NCBI RefSeq assembly: GCF_014396165.1
Contig: NZ_CP060715.1
Coordinates: forward strand, 990,001-1,022,000
Reading direction: 5' to 3'
DNA from: Erysipelothrix inopinata
Lineage (GTDB): Bacteria > Bacillota_I > Bacilli_A > Erysipelotrichales > Erysipelotrichaceae
Length of the DNA stretch: 32,000 nucleotides
Below the pieces are notes generated by a model. That model saw nothing but the letters and a program-made list of their open reading frames with translations, was not told the origin of the DNA and did no database searches. Position numbers and translations under genes: made by a program. Positions 1 to 8,800 of this stretch are shown one piece after another. Each line of letters starts with the position of its first letter. Position 1 is the stretch's first letter.

Positions 1-221
1 TAATCAGTACGATTAACATGAGTTTCTTATTTGTTAAAGTACTGACGTCAGGCGGACCTGGTGGAGCCAGTGAAGTCTTCCTAAGTTATTTATACAAACA
101 AGCATACGATAATGCATCCTACGGTTACGGGATGGCAATTGGTGTCATGATCTTCTTATTCTCATTTGCACTCTCTGCAATTATTAATAAGATTACTGAA
201 CGCGATACCATTCAAATGTAG
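1..221 (+). CDS. Carbohydrate ABC transporter permease (MalF/UgpA-like), 3' end only; 5' end lies upstream of the window
   Basis: The frame is open from the window edge (codons from nt 3) to TAG at 219-221. The tail GGPGGASEVFLSYLYKQAYDNASYGYGMAIGVMIFLFSFALSAIINKI looks like the last TM helix of a sugar ABC permease. The second permease gene starts 10 nt downstream. Confidence 0.75.
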   Translation, partial: ISTINMSFLFVKVLTSGGPGGASEVFLSYLYKQAYDNASYGYGMAIGVMIFLFSFALSAIINKITERDTIQM

Positions 222-230
222 GAGGCAAGA

Positions 231-1112
231 ATGAAAAAATTTAAAGAAATGTCAGCCGACAAAGTTTATAAAATATTCATTTATTTTGCACTTCTGATGT
301 TGGCCGTGTCAATTATTATTCCGCTGGGTTGGGTATTCTTGGCATCACTCAAACAACCTCACGAATTCTTTATGAATCCGTGGAAATTACCCGATGCATT
401 ATACTTTAATAACTTTGTAGAAGCATTCAAAACTGCAAAAATGGGAGATTACTTCTTAAACTCAGTAATTGTTACCGCATTAGGAATCATTATCCTACTT
501 GTGACAGCACTTCCTGCATCCTATGTCCTTGCTCGTTTTGATTTCAAGATGAAAAAACCGATTAACTCCATTTTCATGGCAGGTCTTTTCATTAATGTTA
601 ACTATATTGTTATTCCAATTTTCTTAATGTTACTCAAATTAAATAAAGGTGCCCAATCAATGTGGGGCATGGATATGTTCTTAAATAATCGTTTGGTATT
701 AGCTATTGTTTATGCAGCAACTGCATTACCATTTACAATTTACCTCTTAACAGGTTATTTCAAGACATTACCAAAAGGATTTGAAGAAGCAGCATCAATT
801 GATGGTGCATCACACTTCCAAACAATGATGAAAATTATGATACCAATGGCAAAACCAAGTATTGTTACCATTATTCTCTTTAACTTCTTATCATTTTGGA
901 ATGAATATATTATCGCATTGACACTCATGCCAGGGGTCAATAAAACCTTACCTGTTGGATTGATTAACTTACAACAAGCTGCTCGTGGTGCTGCAAACCC
1001 AGGACCGCTCTATGCAGGACTTGTCATAGTTATGTTACCAACTTTAATTCTGTACATCTTTGTACAAAACAAACTTACTCAAGGAATGACCTTGGGTGGT
1101 ATTAAAGATTAG
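231..1112 (+). CDS. Carbohydrate ABC transporter permease (MalG/UgpE-like second membrane component)
   Basis: 293-aa ORF behind AGGAGG (220-225). It has multiple hydrophobic helices and the ABC-importer EAA loop FEEAASIDGASHFQTMMKIMIPMAKP. It is packed between another permease and the GH112 gene. Confidence 0.9.
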   Translation: MKKFKEMSADKVYKIFIYFALLMLAVSIIIPLGWVFLASLKQPHEFFMNPWKLPDALYFNNFVEAFKTAKMGDYFLNSVIVTALGIIILLVTALPASYVLARFDFKMKKPINSIFMAGLFINVNYIVIPIFLMLLKLNKGAQSMWGMDMFLNNRLVLAIVYAATALPFTIYLLTGYFKTLPKGFEEAASIDGASHFQTMMKIMIPMAKPSIVTIILFNFLSFWNEYIIALTLMPGVNKTLPVGLINLQQAARGAANPGPLYAGLVIVMLPTLILYIFVQNKLTQGMTLGGIKD

Positions 1113-1124
1113 GAGACCGCAAAC

Positions 1125-3317
1125 ATGACGAAAATTAAAGGGCGGGTAACACTACCAAGCCAAAATAATTTCTATGAAGAAACAAAAGACTTAATGAACC
1201 GTTGGGGTGCTGATGCACTTCGAGATAGTGACGGTACAAAACTAGACGATCAAATTAAAGATCTTGATGCAAAAATATATACAACCTATTTTGTTGCACG
1301 AGGTCACAATGAATTTGCATACCAACATCTTGATGAAATGCAACAACTCTATCTCATGAGTGATTATACATTAGCTACTGAAACAGTATGTACAATTGAC
1401 TTTATGAATGGATTTCTAACAGAACAAATCAAACCGGATTATCATCATGACCCTAAAGTTTGGTGGGATGTTTACGATCGAACTACTGAAACACGTGTTG
1501 ATCCTGTTGACTGGAATGTTAATGAAGAAACACATCAAGTAGAGGTTCATAATGCAATTCCTTTCCATGAATATACGGTAAACTTCTTATCATACATGAT
1601 TTGGGATCCAACCCAAATGTATAATCATATTACGAATGATTGGGGAGATAAACCAAAAGAGATTCCTTTTGATGCTCGTCAACCTCACTCACATAAATAT
1701 ATGGTTGAGACACTCATTGATTTTATGGAAAACAACCCTAAAACAGATGTTGTTCGATTCACAACATTCTACTATCACTTTACATTATTCTTTAATGATA
1801 AGCGTAAAGAAAAATTCGTAGACTGGTTTGGATACGGATCATCAGTATCACCTGCTGCATTAGAAGCATTCGAAGCAGAAAAAGGTTATCGTCTAACATC
1901 TGAAGATTTCATTACGAACGGATACTACAACTCAACATTTAAGGAACCAACAGATGCTTATCGTGACTACATTGATTTCCAACAAAAATTCGTAGCAATG
2001 CGTGCGAAAGAACTTGTTGATATTGTTCACCAATATGGAAAAGAAGCAGTCATGTTCTTAGGTGATAACTGGATTGGTACAGAACCTTATGGTAAGTACT
2101 TTGAATCCATAGGACTTGATGGTGTTGTAGGGAGTGTTGGTGGCGGAACAACGCTGAGACTTATTTCAGATATTCCTCATGTTAAATACACAGAAGGACG
2201 CTTCTTACCATACTTCTTCCCAGATACATTCTTTGAAGGTAACGATCAAGCAATTCTTGATGAAGCCGTTGATAATTGGGTATCTGCACGACGAGCACTT
2301 CTAAGAAGCCCATTAAATCGAATTGGTTATGGTGGCTATCCAAGTCTTGCTTACAAGTTTCCAACATTTGTAGATTATATTTCTGAAACTACAGAACAAT
2401 TCCGAGAAATATTAACCCATGTTGAAGACAAGAAACCATACTCAAAATGCACAGTTGCTATTCTTAATTCCTTTGGTAAATTAAGAACATGGCAAAGCTA
2501 CATGGTTGCTCATGCACTTCACTATAAACAAATCTATTCATACCTTGGTATTTTAGAAAGTCTAAGTGGATTGGATGTTGATGTAGAGTTTATTTCTTTC
2601 GATGAAATTAAAGATGGTATTCCAAGTCACATTGATGTCATCATTAATGCGGGGGATGCGGGAACATCCTTCTCAGGGGGAAGTCAATGGAGCAATCCAG
2701 AACTTGTTTCAACAATTAGACAATGGGTATATGAAGGACATGGATTTATCGGAGTGGGTGAACCCTCAGCACTTGAGAAAGGTGGTCATTTCTTCCAGCT
2801 CAATGATATTTTAGGAGTTGATAAAGAACTTGGATATACACTTTCTACAGACAAGTACTTCAACCAACCACTCTCGTCACATTTCATTACCGAAGACTTA
2901 ACAGAAAACTTCAATCATGGTGAGCAAATCAATAACACTTATGCTCGATTTGAAGATACCGAAATCATTGCAATGGACCAAGAAAACGTAACAATAGCTG
3001 CACGTGATTACGGTCAAGGTCGTGGGGTTTATCTCATGGGACTCCCTTACAACTTCTCAAATACACGTATTCTCCTACGAAGTATCTACTACTCCATGAA
3101 AAAAGAAGAAGAACTCACACGATTCTTCTCCTCAAATATCTATTGCGAAGTTAATGTCTACCCTGAATCACATAAAATCGCAGTAGTGAATAATACCAAT
3201 CAAGTTCAAAAAACTATCATCTATGATGGTCATGGAAACGGAATTGAAATAGAATTGTCAGGATCCGAGATATTGTGGGGTAATGTTCATGAAAAAGATA
3301 TTGAATTTAGTGCTTAA
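1125..3317 (+). CDS. lnpA: 1,3-beta-galactosyl-N-acetylhexosamine phosphorylase (GH112; galacto-N-biose/lacto-N-biose phosphorylase)
   Basis: 730 aa, with AGGAG RBS at 1111-1115. The blocks GRVTLPSQNNF..WGADALRDSDGT, VVRFTTFYYHFTLFF, MFLGDNWIGTEPYG, KYTEGRFLPYFFPDTFFEGND, GYGGYPSLAYKFP, YSYLGILESLSG and GRGVYLMGLPY are colinear with my recollection of Bifidobacterium longum LnpA. The symbol is borrowed from that homologue. Confidence 0.92.
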   Translation: MTKIKGRVTLPSQNNFYEETKDLMNRWGADALRDSDGTKLDDQIKDLDAKIYTTYFVARGHNEFAYQHLDEMQQLYLMSDYTLATETVCTIDFMNGFLTEQIKPDYHHDPKVWWDVYDRTTETRVDPVDWNVNEETHQVEVHNAIPFHEYTVNFLSYMIWDPTQMYNHITNDWGDKPKEIPFDARQPHSHKYMVETLIDFMENNPKTDVVRFTTFYYHFTLFFNDKRKEKFVDWFGYGSSVSPAALEAFEAEKGYRLTSEDFITNGYYNSTFKEPTDAYRDYIDFQQKFVAMRAKELVDIVHQYGKEAVMFLGDNWIGTEPYGKYFESIGLDGVVGSVGGGTTLRLISDIPHVKYTEGRFLPYFFPDTFFEGNDQAILDEAVDNWVSARRALLRSPLNRIGYGGYPSLAYKFPTFVDYISETTEQFREILTHVEDKKPYSKCTVAILNSFGKLRTWQSYMVAHALHYKQIYSYLGILESLSGLDVDVEFISFDEIKDGIPSHIDVIINAGDAGTSFSGGSQWSNPELVSTIRQWVYEGHGFIGVGEPSALEKGGHFFQLNDILGVDKELGYTLSTDKYFNQPLSSHFITEDLTENFNHGEQINNTYARFEDTEIIAMDQENVTIAARDYGQGRGVYLMGLPYNFSNTRILLRSIYYSMKKEEELTRFFSSNIYCEVNVYPESHKIAVVNNTNQVQKTIIYDGHGNGIEIELSGSEILWGNVHEKDIEFSA

Positions 3318-3456
3318 CATCCTTCTCTTTGTTGGTGGGTTATATTTAATCTTCACCTACCATAAGGAAATTAGCATGCAAAACTTAGGTCTTATGACAG
3401 TGGGATTATGTATGCTTCTGGGGAATTTATACTTGTATAATCGTAAGTTTAAATAG
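3283..3456 (+). CDS. Possible small (57 aa) two-TM membrane protein, below the ORF-track cutoff, overlapping the GH112 3' end
   Basis: Hand translation gives MFMKKILNLVLNILLFVGGLYLIFTYHKEISMQNLGLMTVGLCMLLGNLYLYNRKFK, ending at TAG 3454-3456. It has two clear hydrophobic helices and ends about 20 nt before the operon terminator. A second ATG lies at 3289, 8 nt after a GGGG run. No homology evidence. Confidence 0.3.
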   Translation: MFMKKILNLVLNILLFVGGLYLIFTYHKEISMQNLGLMTVGLCMLLGNLYLYNRKFK

Positions 3457-3475
3457 CGTTAAGTTAAGAAAAACT

Positions 3476-3535
3476 AAAGTCTCCTTTGCACTCATTGCAA
3501 GATGTGTGTAAAGGAGACTTTTTTTTATTTTTTAG
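3476..3535. terminator. Rho-independent terminator, probably bidirectional (GH112 operon on +, LPXTG gene on -)
   Basis: Perfect 12-bp arms AAAGTCTCCTTT (3476-3487) and AAAGGAGACTTT (3510-3521), followed by T8 and more Ts on +. The opposite strand is also T-rich after the stem. Confidence 0.8.
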
Positions 3536-3544
3536 GTAGAACGA

Positions 3545-4591
3545 TTAAGGCTTTAATTTTTTTCGTAAAGTTGGGATTACTAAGATTGCGATACCAATAA
3601 AGATTATTATCAAGCCTGCACCTACAAGTTCATTATTTTGACCTGTAAGAGGGAGTATTGGGTTTGTTCCTTCTTCTTGGGAAGCATCGTCCGAAACTGT
3701 CGGTTCAACAGGATTTTCAGGATTAATTGAATCTGACGGATTAACCGGTTTTTCAGGATCAATCGGTGTAATTGGTGTATCGGTAATCCATCTTGCATAA
3801 AGTGTACCATCTTCAGTTACAACGTCATGGTCAAAATTCCAAGGTAAGGTAAGATCTTGATCCTTAAACCAACCATCAAATTGATATCCAGTACGTGTTG
3901 GAACATTAGGAGCAGAAATTTTTGTTCCGCTCGTGATATTAAGTGTTGGATCAATCATTGATCCGCCATTACTATCAAATGTTATGGTATAAGTATTTTC
4001 AATCCATTTCGCATACAATGTGACATCATCAGTAATTATATCTGTTTCAAAATTCCAAGGTAAGGTTAGATTTGAATCTTGGAACCAGCCAGCAAAATGA
4101 TATCCAGGTCGAGTCGGTTCGATGGGTGCATTAACAAGAGATTCATTCAGTATGTCAGTAACGGGATCAACATATGATCCATCGTTACTATTGAACGTAA
4201 GTGTGTAGGTCTTCTCAATCCATTTTGCGTAAAGAGTTGTATCACCATAGATAAAATCATACTCGAAATAATATGGGTAAGTTAGATCGGTATCTCTGAA
4301 CCATCCATCAAATTCATAACCAGCTTTGGTTGGATTATCAGGTTTAGTTATCACTGACCCAAACGGTAGATTGAGTAAAGGGTCAATAGAAGAACCACCA
4401 TTTGAATCAAAAGTAAGGGAATAAGATCTTGAGACATCAATTCGGGAATTGCCTTCAATCACATAGAATGAGTCGCCATAGTAAAGTGATAGAAATGTAT
4501 AAGAGAGAGTATCTTGGGGATAAAGGTTTGTCCATGTCACAGTGTTTGACTGTTCATCATAGGTACCTTGATAACTGGGTGATACAGTCAC
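3545..4591 (-). CDS. Fragment 3 of the internalin-like gene: three ~70-aa Listeria-Bacteroides repeats, Pro-rich stalk, LPLTG sortase signal
   Basis: The unit [YTLTF.SNGGS..DP......G......P..PT..GY.F.GWF.D..LT.PWNF..D.......TLYAKWI] occurs three times. The C-terminus is LPLTG, then the hydrophobic helix LVGAGLIIIFIGIAILVI, then RKKLKP. The annotated start is GTG, and the frame stays open upstream to 4723. Confidence 0.7.
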   Translation of the reverse strand: MTVSPSYQGTYDEQSNTVTWTNLYPQDTLSYTFLSLYYGDSFYVIEGNSRIDVSRSYSLTFDSNGGSSIDPLLNLPFGSVITKPDNPTKAGYEFDGWFRDTDLTYPYYFEYDFIYGDTTLYAKWIEKTYTLTFNSNDGSYVDPVTDILNESLVNAPIEPTRPGYHFAGWFQDSNLTLPWNFETDIITDDVTLYAKWIENTYTITFDSNGGSMIDPTLNITSGTKISAPNVPTRTGYQFDGWFKDQDLTLPWNFDHDVVTEDGTLYARWITDTPITPIDPEKPVNPSDSINPENPVEPTVSDDASQEEGTNPILPLTGQNNELVGAGLIIIFIGIAILVIPTLRKKLKP

Positions 4592-4656
4592 ATCACTGAT
4601 ATTTAAAATACTATCAGGAACATTAAACTCTACTTCTCGTGAATATTCATCTGTGT

Positions 4657-4968
4657 TTATTGTATCTTCTGATGAAATTTTTTGACCCCTGCACTGAAGT
4701 ACACTGAATCCTTTTGTTGCATCTTATCAAGACTTGAGAAATCGGTGAGAAAATTATTTGAGAGCTCAACATGTGTAATTGATGGATGATTTGAAACAAC
4801 TTCTACAATATGAGATTCATCCGTTAGTTGATTTGCAAACAAACTTATTCTATTTAAATGTTGTAGATTATAGAGTTTCTCATATTCATCTTTAGAGTTA
4901 AGGTAGGAATTATTCAAGGTGATATTTTTGAGATTTGGGTGGTTGAGAAGTGGATCAAGTGAACTCAT
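4657..4968 (-). CDS. Fragment 2 of the internalin-like gene: further LRR units
   Basis: NLKNITLNNSYL / LQHLNRISLFANQLTD / ITHVELSNNFLTDFSSL are LRR units. The fragment has no RBS or signal peptide of its own. Its frame is continuous with its neighbours after 1-nt corrections. Confidence 0.55.
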   Translation of the reverse strand: MSSLDPLLNHPNLKNITLNNSYLNSKDEYEKLYNLQHLNRISLFANQLTDESHIVEVVSNHPSITHVELSNNFLTDFSSLDKMQQKDSVYFSAGVKKFHQKIQ

Positions 4969-5615
4969 TTCCCCTGCACAACCAACGTTTCTAAATTGAG
5001 CATTGGATAGTCAAGGGCTTCAATGGAGGTGTCATCGAGAACTAAGTAGTTAAATTGTCGTAAGTCAGATAGTGATGAAAAATTAAAATTCGGCATATCT
5101 AAAAGGACCAAACTTGTGAAATCAAAACCACTGACTTCGACATTTTTAATATCAGTATTTATCAATTGAAGTGAGTAAAGCATTCCAGGTAAATATAAAG
5201 TATCAATACCAATATCACCTTCAATCTTTAATGTTCGAATAAGCCAAAGTGATCCAAGATTATGTGGTGTAACACTATTGTTGATAATTGTGAGATCGCG
5301 GACAGAATGCATTGAATTAAGTAATGATAAATCAACAATATTGCTATTGGTAAATGTAAGATTTGAGAGATGTGATAAATTCTCAAGACCATTTAATGAA
5401 CTAACATCACCCTCAATGTCTAAATAATAAATTGTATTTAGTAAGTCTGCATCAATTTCATCATCAGAGTTTACTCCTAATTGTTTGGCTACTGCTTTTT
5501 CAACGTTAGCATCTACAAATACATCAGATAGTAAAATAGTATTGTTTGCATTACTCAGTGGAAATGACATAAATATCAAGCAAGAAAATAGAATCATGGT
5601 AATTAGCTTTTTCAT
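4965..5615 (-). CDS. Fragment 1 of the internalin-like gene: signal peptide plus leucine-rich repeats
   Basis: MKKLITMILFSCLIFMSFPLSNA signal peptide, with AGGAG-like RBS (aaaggagccactATG). LRR-like periodicity is visible (LSHLSNLTFTNSNIVDLSLLNSMHSVRDLTIINNSV...). It ends in TGA overlapping the next fragment's ATG. Confidence 0.7.
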   Translation of the reverse strand: MKKLITMILFSCLIFMSFPLSNANNTILLSDVFVDANVEKAVAKQLGVNSDDEIDADLLNTIYYLDIEGDVSSLNGLENLSHLSNLTFTNSNIVDLSLLNSMHSVRDLTIINNSVTPHNLGSLWLIRTLKIEGDIGIDTLYLPGMLYSLQLINTDIKNVEVSGFDFTSLVLLDMPNFNFSSLSDLRQFNYLVLDDTSIEALDYPMLNLETLVVQGK

Positions 5616-5890
5616 AGTGGCTCCTTTTCATCCCGTAAGATTTTTTAAATTATAGCAAATTCAAGTTTTCAGTGATAAGTTGGATGTATATTTTATCTCA
5701 AAATTGTTATGAAAATATAATAATAGAGTATTTTTTCGTTTAAAATTCAATTTTTGATTGTGAACCTTATTGTCCCAAAAAACACATATAACAAGATACT
5801 ATAAGGATACCACAACATAATTAAAGCGGTTACATTTTTAGACCTATATACTTAAGTTAGCTAAAAAAATCATAGCTAGAGGAGGAGTAT

Positions 5891-8800
5891 ATGAAGAAGT
5901 TTTTGACTGGATTTCTTGCGCTAGTCATTGCCCTTACAACAATGACTACAAACCCAAGTAAAATCTATGCTGACGATGCTGCGGAATGGCAATCCATTTC
6001 TGCTAGCAAAGGGACCGTGAAGGAAGTAATCAAAGATGGCGCACGCTACTATGAACTTTCATCATCAGATAAAAATGATAATCAAGGTAACCCTGCAAAT
6101 AACCGATTTGGTGTTAATTTATTCTATAAAGATTCTAATAACTTTCTAACTGTAGCCTACGATGCAGGAGGATGGTTCTGGGAATATAAAGTTAACGGTA
6201 AAGGTGAATGGATGCAAGGAGGACGCGTTCCAGGACCTGCATTAAATTCCAAGAATACCCTCGAAGTATCTTTAAAAGATAACCTTATTCACGCTTGGAT
6301 AACAGGTGAAGATGGAAATAAAACACCATTGTTTACGAAAGCAATTGACGCAAATATCATCAATCAACTTCAAGAAAAATCGGAAGATATTGTCGTGAAG
6401 TTGGGTACTTATGGTGGTGAACTTTCAAAAATTCTCGTTAAAGCAGATAACCAAGATGATATTGTTATCCCTGAACCAGAATTTGAAAGACCGGTACTTG
6501 ATACCTATGAAGAATATACTTTTGAAAGTAATTTCGAAGATCTAACAGAAGAAAAACTTAAAGAAATGTTTACGGTAGAAAAAGGAAAAGTCTCAACATC
6601 AATTGTTGAAAAAGATGGCAATAAATCGGTTCGTCTCGACTTCCAATCTAAAGAAAAAAATCTTATTGTCTTTAGAGAAACTCCACTACTTGAAAACTAT
6701 ACGTTTGAAGCAGATATTACTGTTGAAAAAGCTGAAGATGCAGTGAAAGATATGATCCGCTTTGGTCAAGTTGGTCGTGTTCAAAAGAGTGGTGAATATG
6801 GTTATGCTGTCATGGGAGACAATCCTGGAGAGTATTTCACAGAAAACTTTGGTGCGAAACCAGCATGGTCTTCAACTTCAAAGGGAACCGTATTAAACCC
6901 TAATGAAGTACATCGTTGGAAAACGGTTGTTGAAGGTCAAACAATTACTCTTTTTATTGATGGACAACAAATTCTATCAAATACAATGGATGGCTTAGGC
7001 AAAGGCTTAGGAGCATTTGGCTTCTTTAAAGACCGTGGCTTAGGTTCAGTGTTAGTTGATAATGTTAAAGTTACGAAAATAACACCTGAACGTCCTGTTG
7101 ATCCTGATAATGAAGGTGTCGTACCTGTAGAAATTAAATCTTCAGATATGACTGTTCGTCTTGATGAAGCATTCCCACGTGTACTTGATTATACTCTAAC
7201 AAGTGGCAAGAAAATGGATGGACAACCAACCAAAATTGATACAATAAAAATTAATAATATTAACATTGTACCAGAGGTCACATCAGAAAAAGTATCTGAG
7301 AATAGCATTAAATATTACGTGAAAGCAGTTGATGCTGAAAATAAAATTAATGCAAACCTTACAATGCTTTTCGAAGTAAAAAATAACACACTTGAATTTA
7401 AAATAACTGAAGTAAAAAACAACAATGCATCACAGACAACAAATGCAGAAATTATCCGTACTATTGAAATTCCAAATCATAGCCTTGTTTCTGTAAAATC
7501 TACAGAACCAACAGCGAATGTTTATGGTGCAAAAATATCAACGGATACTACTGTGAATGGTGATACATTAACACCAGTTAATGACACATTGAGAAGTTTC
7601 AACAGTAACTACATGTATGCTGTAATTTCAAATGATGAGCTTTCAGCAAGTATGCACAGTAACTCTCAATTTTCAACAGGTGGTGGTTCAAATGACTTTG
7701 TACGTTTAAATGCACGTGCTAAAGAATTTGAAACATTTAACTCAGTGGGGTTATCAAGTTCACCATGGATTTATCATCGTGATGTCATGTTTAATGAACA
7801 AACACTTGAATTACCTGAAGCTAAAGTTGTAATTACAGAAGATGCTAACGGTGATGGTGTTGTGAACTGGCAAGATGGTGCGATTGCATTTAGAGATATT
7901 ATGCACTCACCAATTGGTGCTGAATCTGTTAAAGATTTAGTTGCTTACCGTATTGCTATGAACTTTGGATCACATGCTCAAAACCCATTCTTAATGACTT
8001 TAGATGGTATTAAGAAAATCAACCTTCATACAGATGGTCTTGGACAATCTGTTCTATTAAAAGGCTATGGTAGTGAAGGACATGACTCGGGACACTTAAA
8101 CTATGCGGATATTGGACGTCGTATGGGTGGTGTTGAAGAGTTCAAATACTTAATTGATGAATCAGTAGGATATGGTGCTAAGATTGGTATTCACGTTAAT
8201 GCGAGTGAAACTTATCCCGAGTCAAAATACTTCAATGAAATGATTCTTCGCAAATCTGCAGATGGATCCTATAACTACGGTTGGAACTGGATTGACCAAG
8301 GTATCAACATTGATGCAGCAATCGATCTTGCAAATGGTCGTCGTTCACGATTTGAAGATCTTAAAAACTTAGTTGGTGATAACCTTGATTGGATCTATGT
8401 TGACGTATGGGGTAATGGTCAATCTGGTGATAACAATGCTTGGGCAAGTCATCAACTTGCAAAAGAAATTAATGATCAAGGATGGCGTTTAGGTGGCGAA
8501 TGGGGTTATGCATTTGAACCTGATTCAACATTCCAACACTGGGCAGCTGACCTTACATATGGAGGGTATACTTTAAAAGGTATTAACTCTACATTAACTC
8601 GCTTTATCTTTAACCAACAACGTGATTCATGGCCAGCAGACTTCCCATCATACGGTGGTGCTGCAGAATACCCACTTCTTGGTGGTTATAACATGAAAGA
8701 CTTTGAAGGATGGCAAGGACGTAATGATTACAATGGGTATATTGTAAACCTCTTTGAAAACAACCTTTCTACAAAATATATCCAACACTTTAATGTGAAT

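Larger units (their letters stand above)
3545..5615 (-). pseudogene. Internalin-like surface protein gene (signal peptide, LRR region, 3 Listeria-Bacteroides 'Flg_new' repeats, LPXTG anchor) split by two -1 frameshifts
   Basis: Three consecutive minus-strand ORFs (4965-5615, 4657-4968, 3545-4591) together form one canonical architecture. Restoring one base at C4 (4971-4974) and one at T6 (4678-4683) fuses them: ..TLVVQG-E-MSSLDPLL.. and ..SAGVKK-ISSEDTINTDEYSREVEFNVPDSILNISDVTVSPSY... Confidence 0.75.

Noticed and set aside
755-2814. Short ORFs inside or antisense to the permease and GH112 genes (755-940, 1636-1821, 2182-2367, 2602-2814).
   Set aside because: They are fully contained in genes with strong homology-type evidence. 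They have no RBS or start context.
3800-4420. Periodic ~210-nt repetition that could be mistaken for a DNA tandem repeat or array.
   Set aside because: The repetition is at the protein level (three diverged Listeria-Bacteroides repeat domains in frame). The nucleotide copies are diverged and there is no spacer structure, so it is not CRISPR or a satellite.
5616-5890. Assigning specific -35/-10 promoters in the divergent region between the internalin-like gene and GH101.
   Set aside because: Several weak TATA-like hexamers are present (TATAAC, TATAAG, TATATA). None has a convincingly spaced -35, so I cannot support a call from sequence alone.
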